Shown here: positions 60,431-64,000 of the stretch, one piece after another
Layout of the letters: every line of letters starts with the position of its first letter
How positions within the stretch are numbered: position 1 is the first letter of the stretch
NCBI GenBank assembly: GCA_963845535.1
Contig: CAWJSK010000019.1
Coordinates: 224,001 to 288,000 of the forward strand
Length of the DNA stretch: 64,000 nucleotides
Direction: 5' to 3'
Origin: an uncultured Spirochaetota bacterium
GTDB lineage: Bacteria > Spirochaetota > Spirochaetia > SZUA-6 > Fen-1364
Made by a program: the position numbers and the translations under genes
The notes under the pieces: generated by a model
Told to the model about the DNA's origin: nothing
What the model saw: only the letters and a program-made list of their open reading frames with translations
Databases searched by the model: none

Positions 60431-60961
60431 ATGCGAACTTCAATCTTGTCCATCACATCCGCGCTTGCGTTGCTGCTCGCAGCAGCCGCGTGGTCCGATT
60501 CCTTTCCCCGCACCACGGTCCAGACACTGGCCGGGTCGGCGTTTGTGCTTCCGGATGACCTGGAAGCCGCCGCGGACATCCTGGTGGTGGGATTCACGCA
60601 GAAAGCCGGATCCAACACCAAGCCCTGGACCGAACGGCTGGCGCGGGACTTCACTCGCGCGGACGGATTTGCCGTCTACCCGGTGGCCGTTCTTGCCGGT
60701 GTTCCTGCGTTGTTTCGCTCCTTTGCCCTCAACTCCATCCGCGGAGGGGTTGACCCGCAGGAGTATGGGCATTTCCTGATCGTGGACCATGACGAGAGCG
60801 CATGGCGCACAGCAGCCGGGTACGCGCTGCCAGATGATCCCTACATCATCGTCCTTGACAAGAGCGGCAGCGTCCTTGCGCGCTTCAAGGGCGTGTTCGA
60901 CGAAAAAAGCTATGAGGACACGGCGGTCCGAATTCGATCCATCACGGGGGGGAAATCATGA
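60431..60961 (+). CDS. Exported thioredoxin-like/ATP10-like fold protein without CxxC
   Basis: Signal peptide; FP..QTLAG..LPDD; ILVVGF; PYIIVLDKSGSVLARFKG. Confidence 0.55.
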   Translation: MRTSILSITSALALLLAAAAWSDSFPRTTVQTLAGSAFVLPDDLEAAADILVVGFTQKAGSNTKPWTERLARDFTRADGFAVYPVAVLAGVPALFRSFALNSIRGGVDPQEYGHFLIVDHDESAWRTAAGYALPDDPYIIVLDKSGSVLARFKGVFDEKSYEDTAVRIRSITGGKS

Positions 60962-61647
60962 CCGAATTGATCCGCATACGGGATGCTGAAAAGCATTATC
61001 AGCTGGAGAAGACCGAGATGCCTGCGCTGGCCGGCATCAATCTCGTGATCGGCTCGGGAGAGCGCGTCTGCCTCATGGGTCCCTCAGGGAGCGGGAAGTC
61101 CACCCTGCTCAACATCATTGGATGCGTGGACACGCTTTCCGCCGGGAGCATCGTGATTGAAGGCCGGGATGCCGGGTCCATGAAGGACGCGCAGCTTTCC
61201 GAGCTCAGGAACAGGACGATGGGGTTCATCTTCCAGACTTTCAACCTGATTCCCGTCCTGTCGGTTTTCGAAAACGTCGAGTACCCGCTCCTCCTCCAGC
61301 GACTTCCGCGGGGAGAGCGCGCGGCGCGGGTGGAAGAGCTGCTGGAGCGCGTGGGCTTGAAGGGCTTCCAGCGCCGCAGCCCGGAGCGGCTCTCCGGGGG
61401 GCAGCGCCAGCGTGTGGCAATTGCCCGCGCCCTGGTGACCCGGCCCCGCCTCGTGATTGCCGACGAGCCGACGGCCGCGCTGGATCATGAAACAGGCCGG
61501 ACCATCATGGAGCTCATGGTGGAGATGAACAGGTCTGCCGGCTCGACTCTCATCTTTGCCACGCATGACACGGCCGTGGCGCGCTACGCGGGCCGCCTGG
61601 TCACAATGAGCGACGGCCGGATTATCGAAGACAGGGAGGTTGCATGA
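60958..61647 (+). CDS. ABC transporter ATP-binding protein (LolD/MacB-type)
   Basis: GPSGSGKS, GFIFQTFNL, LSGGQRQR, ADEPTAALD, ATHD. Confidence 0.93.
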   Translation: MTELIRIRDAEKHYQLEKTEMPALAGINLVIGSGERVCLMGPSGSGKSTLLNIIGCVDTLSAGSIVIEGRDAGSMKDAQLSELRNRTMGFIFQTFNLIPVLSVFENVEYPLLLQRLPRGERAARVEELLERVGLKGFQRRSPERLSGGQRQRVAIARALVTRPRLVIADEPTAALDHETGRTIMELMVEMNRSAGSTLIFATHDTAVARYAGRLVTMSDGRIIEDREVA

Positions 61648-62869
61648 AGGACCTCGTGATTGCATGGCGGAGCATCATTCGGCACGCGCGAAGGACCGTC
61701 GTCACCGTCTCAGCGCTCATTGTCGGGCTCAGCGGCATGGTTGTGTTCCAGGGCTTCCTGGGACAGATGATGCAGGGCTTTCGGGATGGAACCATCCTCT
61801 CCGGCATTGGACACCTTCAAGTGGCCGCAAACCCGCAGTATTTCGTCGACGGGGAGTTCAATCCTTTCGCATACGGCATGCAGGATTCCGCCGCGCTTGT
61901 CAGCGCCCTTGAAAAGCAGCGCGGCGTGACGGCCGTCTTTCCTTCCACGGGATTTGTGGCGGTTGCGGGACTTGGCGACCAGTCCGCCACGCTCCTGGTG
62001 AAAGCGTACCCCGCGGATCGGATCTACTTTGCGCCGGAATCGGGAATGGTCACCCCGCCGTCTGACAGGTTCAACCTCGGGACCCTTGTCAACGGCTCGA
62101 CGCCGAAGGCGTGGGAGCGTGACCGCCTGGTAATTGGAGAGACCGCCTCCCGGATCCTGGGGGCAAAGGTGGGAGACGTCGTGACGCTGATGGGAATCCT
62201 GCCGGGGGAAACCTCCAAGGGCGGGACTTCACGATTTCCGGAATTTTCAGCTCACCCGGACGTGACAAGTCATTTGCGTACACCGACTACGACACTGCGG
62301 CGGATTTTCTGGGGATGAAAGAGCCGCCGGTGGTCATGGTCATTGCGCGAGACATCACCGCGGTCCCCGTGATTGCGGAAAGCCTTCCGCCTGGCCACAG
62401 CTTCAGGACCTGGAAAGACCTTGCAACACTGTACGTGCAGGTCAGCGCGATCCTCGGCAGCTTCCTCACGGTGATCCGCGGGATCATCCTCCTTGTCACG
62501 CTCTTCATCCTCGCGAACTCGATGAACCGGACGGTGCTCGAACGGATGCGGGAGTGGGGGACCCTCCGCGCCCTGGGCACGAAGAAGCAGGACGTCCTCC
62601 TCCTGATCCTCTGGGAGGGATGCCTGCAAGGGTTGCTCGGCGCCGTGGCGGGAATCTCCCTCGGATTCCTCGTCTCTGCGATCATCGATGCCGCCGGCGG
62701 CTTGAGCTACCACAACGGCGCACAAGCTTTCGCCATCATGATCCGGCCCGGGCTGGACTCCGTCTGGCTCAATCTTGTCCCGGCCGTCCTGACAGCGGGT
62801 CTTGCGGCCGTTCTCCCCGGGCTTCGCGCGGTCCGGCTCACACCTTCCCAGTGCCTGAGGGAGGCCTAA
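61644..62869 (+). CDS. ABC transporter permease (LolC/E, FtsX-like); apparent frameshift at G run 62204-62208
   Basis: AWRSIIRHARRT N half and ERMREWGTLRALG C half join if one G is added. Confidence 0.85.
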
Positions 62870-62870
62870 G

Positions 62871-64000
62871 ATGGAACACATACGAGTGATCCTTTCGATG
62901 GCAGCGCGCAACCTGGTGCGAAACCGGGGGCGGACGCTTTCCACACTGATAGCCATTACGGCGGGCTTGCTGGGGCTGACGCTGCTGGACGGGTTCATTA
63001 CGTACTCCATGAACGGGTTTCGTGATGCAATCATCAGAAGCGGGACCGGTCATATCAGGGTTGCGCGCTCCGCATCATACTTCGACGCCGGAGATACGAA
63101 CCCCATCCCTTTCATGCTCGACAATGCCGGGGCCGTTGATGCACAGCTGCGCTCCATTCCCGGCGTGGCGGACGTCATGCCCACCATGGCTTTTTCCGCG
63201 GCTCTCTCCAACGCCGGCGCGACGAGCTTTGTCCAGGTTTCCGCCTGGCCGACTGCCCAGGCGCGGTCAGACCTGAGCGCGCGCACCGTTGTTGCCGGAA
63301 GGGACCTGGCACCGGGGGAGTCAGGGACCATCCTGGTGGGGTCCGGGCTGGCACGGAAGCTGAAGCTCACGCCCGGACAAACGCTTTCCCTCTTTGCCCT
63401 GAGCAAGGGCGGGGGAGTCAATACGGAAAGCTTCACGATTGTCGGCACGAGCTCATCTGGGATCGCGGAGGTGGATGACATCTCCGTCACGATGAGCCTC
63501 GCCGACGCCCAGACGCTGGTGGGTGTCCAAACCGTGCCGTGCCTTATTGTGTTCCTGAAAGACACGCGGGACACCGCCTCGGTGGCACGACGGATTGCGG
63601 CAGCCCCCCTGGGAAGCGCTGCATCAGGTCTCGCCGTAAGGACGTGGCAGCAACTTTCCCCGTCTTTCCAGGCCGCAAACTCTCTCTACCAGCTGATCCT
63701 CGCCGTGGCCCGGTTCATCGTGCTGATCGTTGCCCTGTTTTCCATCTCCGGAACGCTTTCGGTTTCCGTGATCGAGCGCTACCGGGAAATCGGGACTCTT
63801 CGCGCGTTCGGCACGCGGAGGAGTCAGCTCCTGGTGATGATCCTGATGGAAGGGCTGATCCTCGGCCTGGCGGGGGCCGCCGCAGGATTCCTGGCAGGCG
63901 GCGGCGCATCCGGCCTCATCAACGCGCTGGGCGGCCTGCCCATGCCGCCTGAGCCGGGCATGTCCACGGCCGGAATCACCGTCAGCTTCACGCCAAGGCT
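62871..64000 (+). CDS. Second LolC/E-like ABC permease (runs off window end)
   Basis: MEHIRVILSMAARNLVRNRGRT..GTGHIRV..ERYREIGTLRAFG, in frame with no stop seen; absent from the ORF track because it is open-ended. Confidence 0.85.
   Translation, partial: MEHIRVILSMAARNLVRNRGRTLSTLIAITAGLLGLTLLDGFITYSMNGFRDAIIRSGTGHIRVARSASYFDAGDTNPIPFMLDNAGAVDAQLRSIPGVADVMPTMAFSAALSNAGATSFVQVSAWPTAQARSDLSARTVVAGRDLAPGESGTILVGSGLARKLKLTPGQTLSLFALSKGGGVNTESFTIVGTSSSGIAEVDDISVTMSLADAQTLVGVQTVPCLIVFLKDTRDTASVARRIAAAPLGSAASGLAVRTWQQLSPSFQAANSLYQLILAVARFIVLIVALFSISGTLSVSVIERYREIGTLRAFGTRRSQLLVMILMEGLILGLAGAAAGFLAGGGASGLINALGGLPMPPEPGMSTAGITVSFTPR

Overview
High-GC bacterial chromosomal window, most likely from a free-living spirochaete (Spirochaetia). 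This is inferred from the fliS-flgN-polA-coaE-SPOR gene order, the long spirochaete-type Prs and the short AlaRS. It is mostly housekeeping and metabolic: aroD/aroE fusion, class V aminotransferase, prs, polA, coaE, dinB, hisB, alaS, pbpC, clpB, tdh-kbl, a GH1 beta-glucosidase, and sugar, amino-acid and LolCDE-like ABC transporters. No rRNA, tRNA, CRISPR array or transposase was recognised. Highlights: (1) a complete bacillithiol biosynthesis set (cysE-bshA; bshC-bshB1), unexpected in this lineage. (2) About ten genes whose ATG sits 6-9 nt after a sigma70 -10 box with no Shine-Dalgarno, pointing to extensive leaderless translation. (3) A 50-bp tandem repeat array with a hairpin at each end, running into an ORF that looks like a wHTH plus catalytically dead DUF4143 nuclease lacking its ATPase. 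(4) A lone PD-(D/E)xK-like gene inserted between polA and coaE. (5) Several apparent pseudo-enzymes (CE4 deacetylase, M28 peptidase, class III cyclase). Five single-base frameshifts in or next to homopolymer runs are most likely long-read sequencing errors. All family assignments come from motif recognition by eye; no database searches were run.
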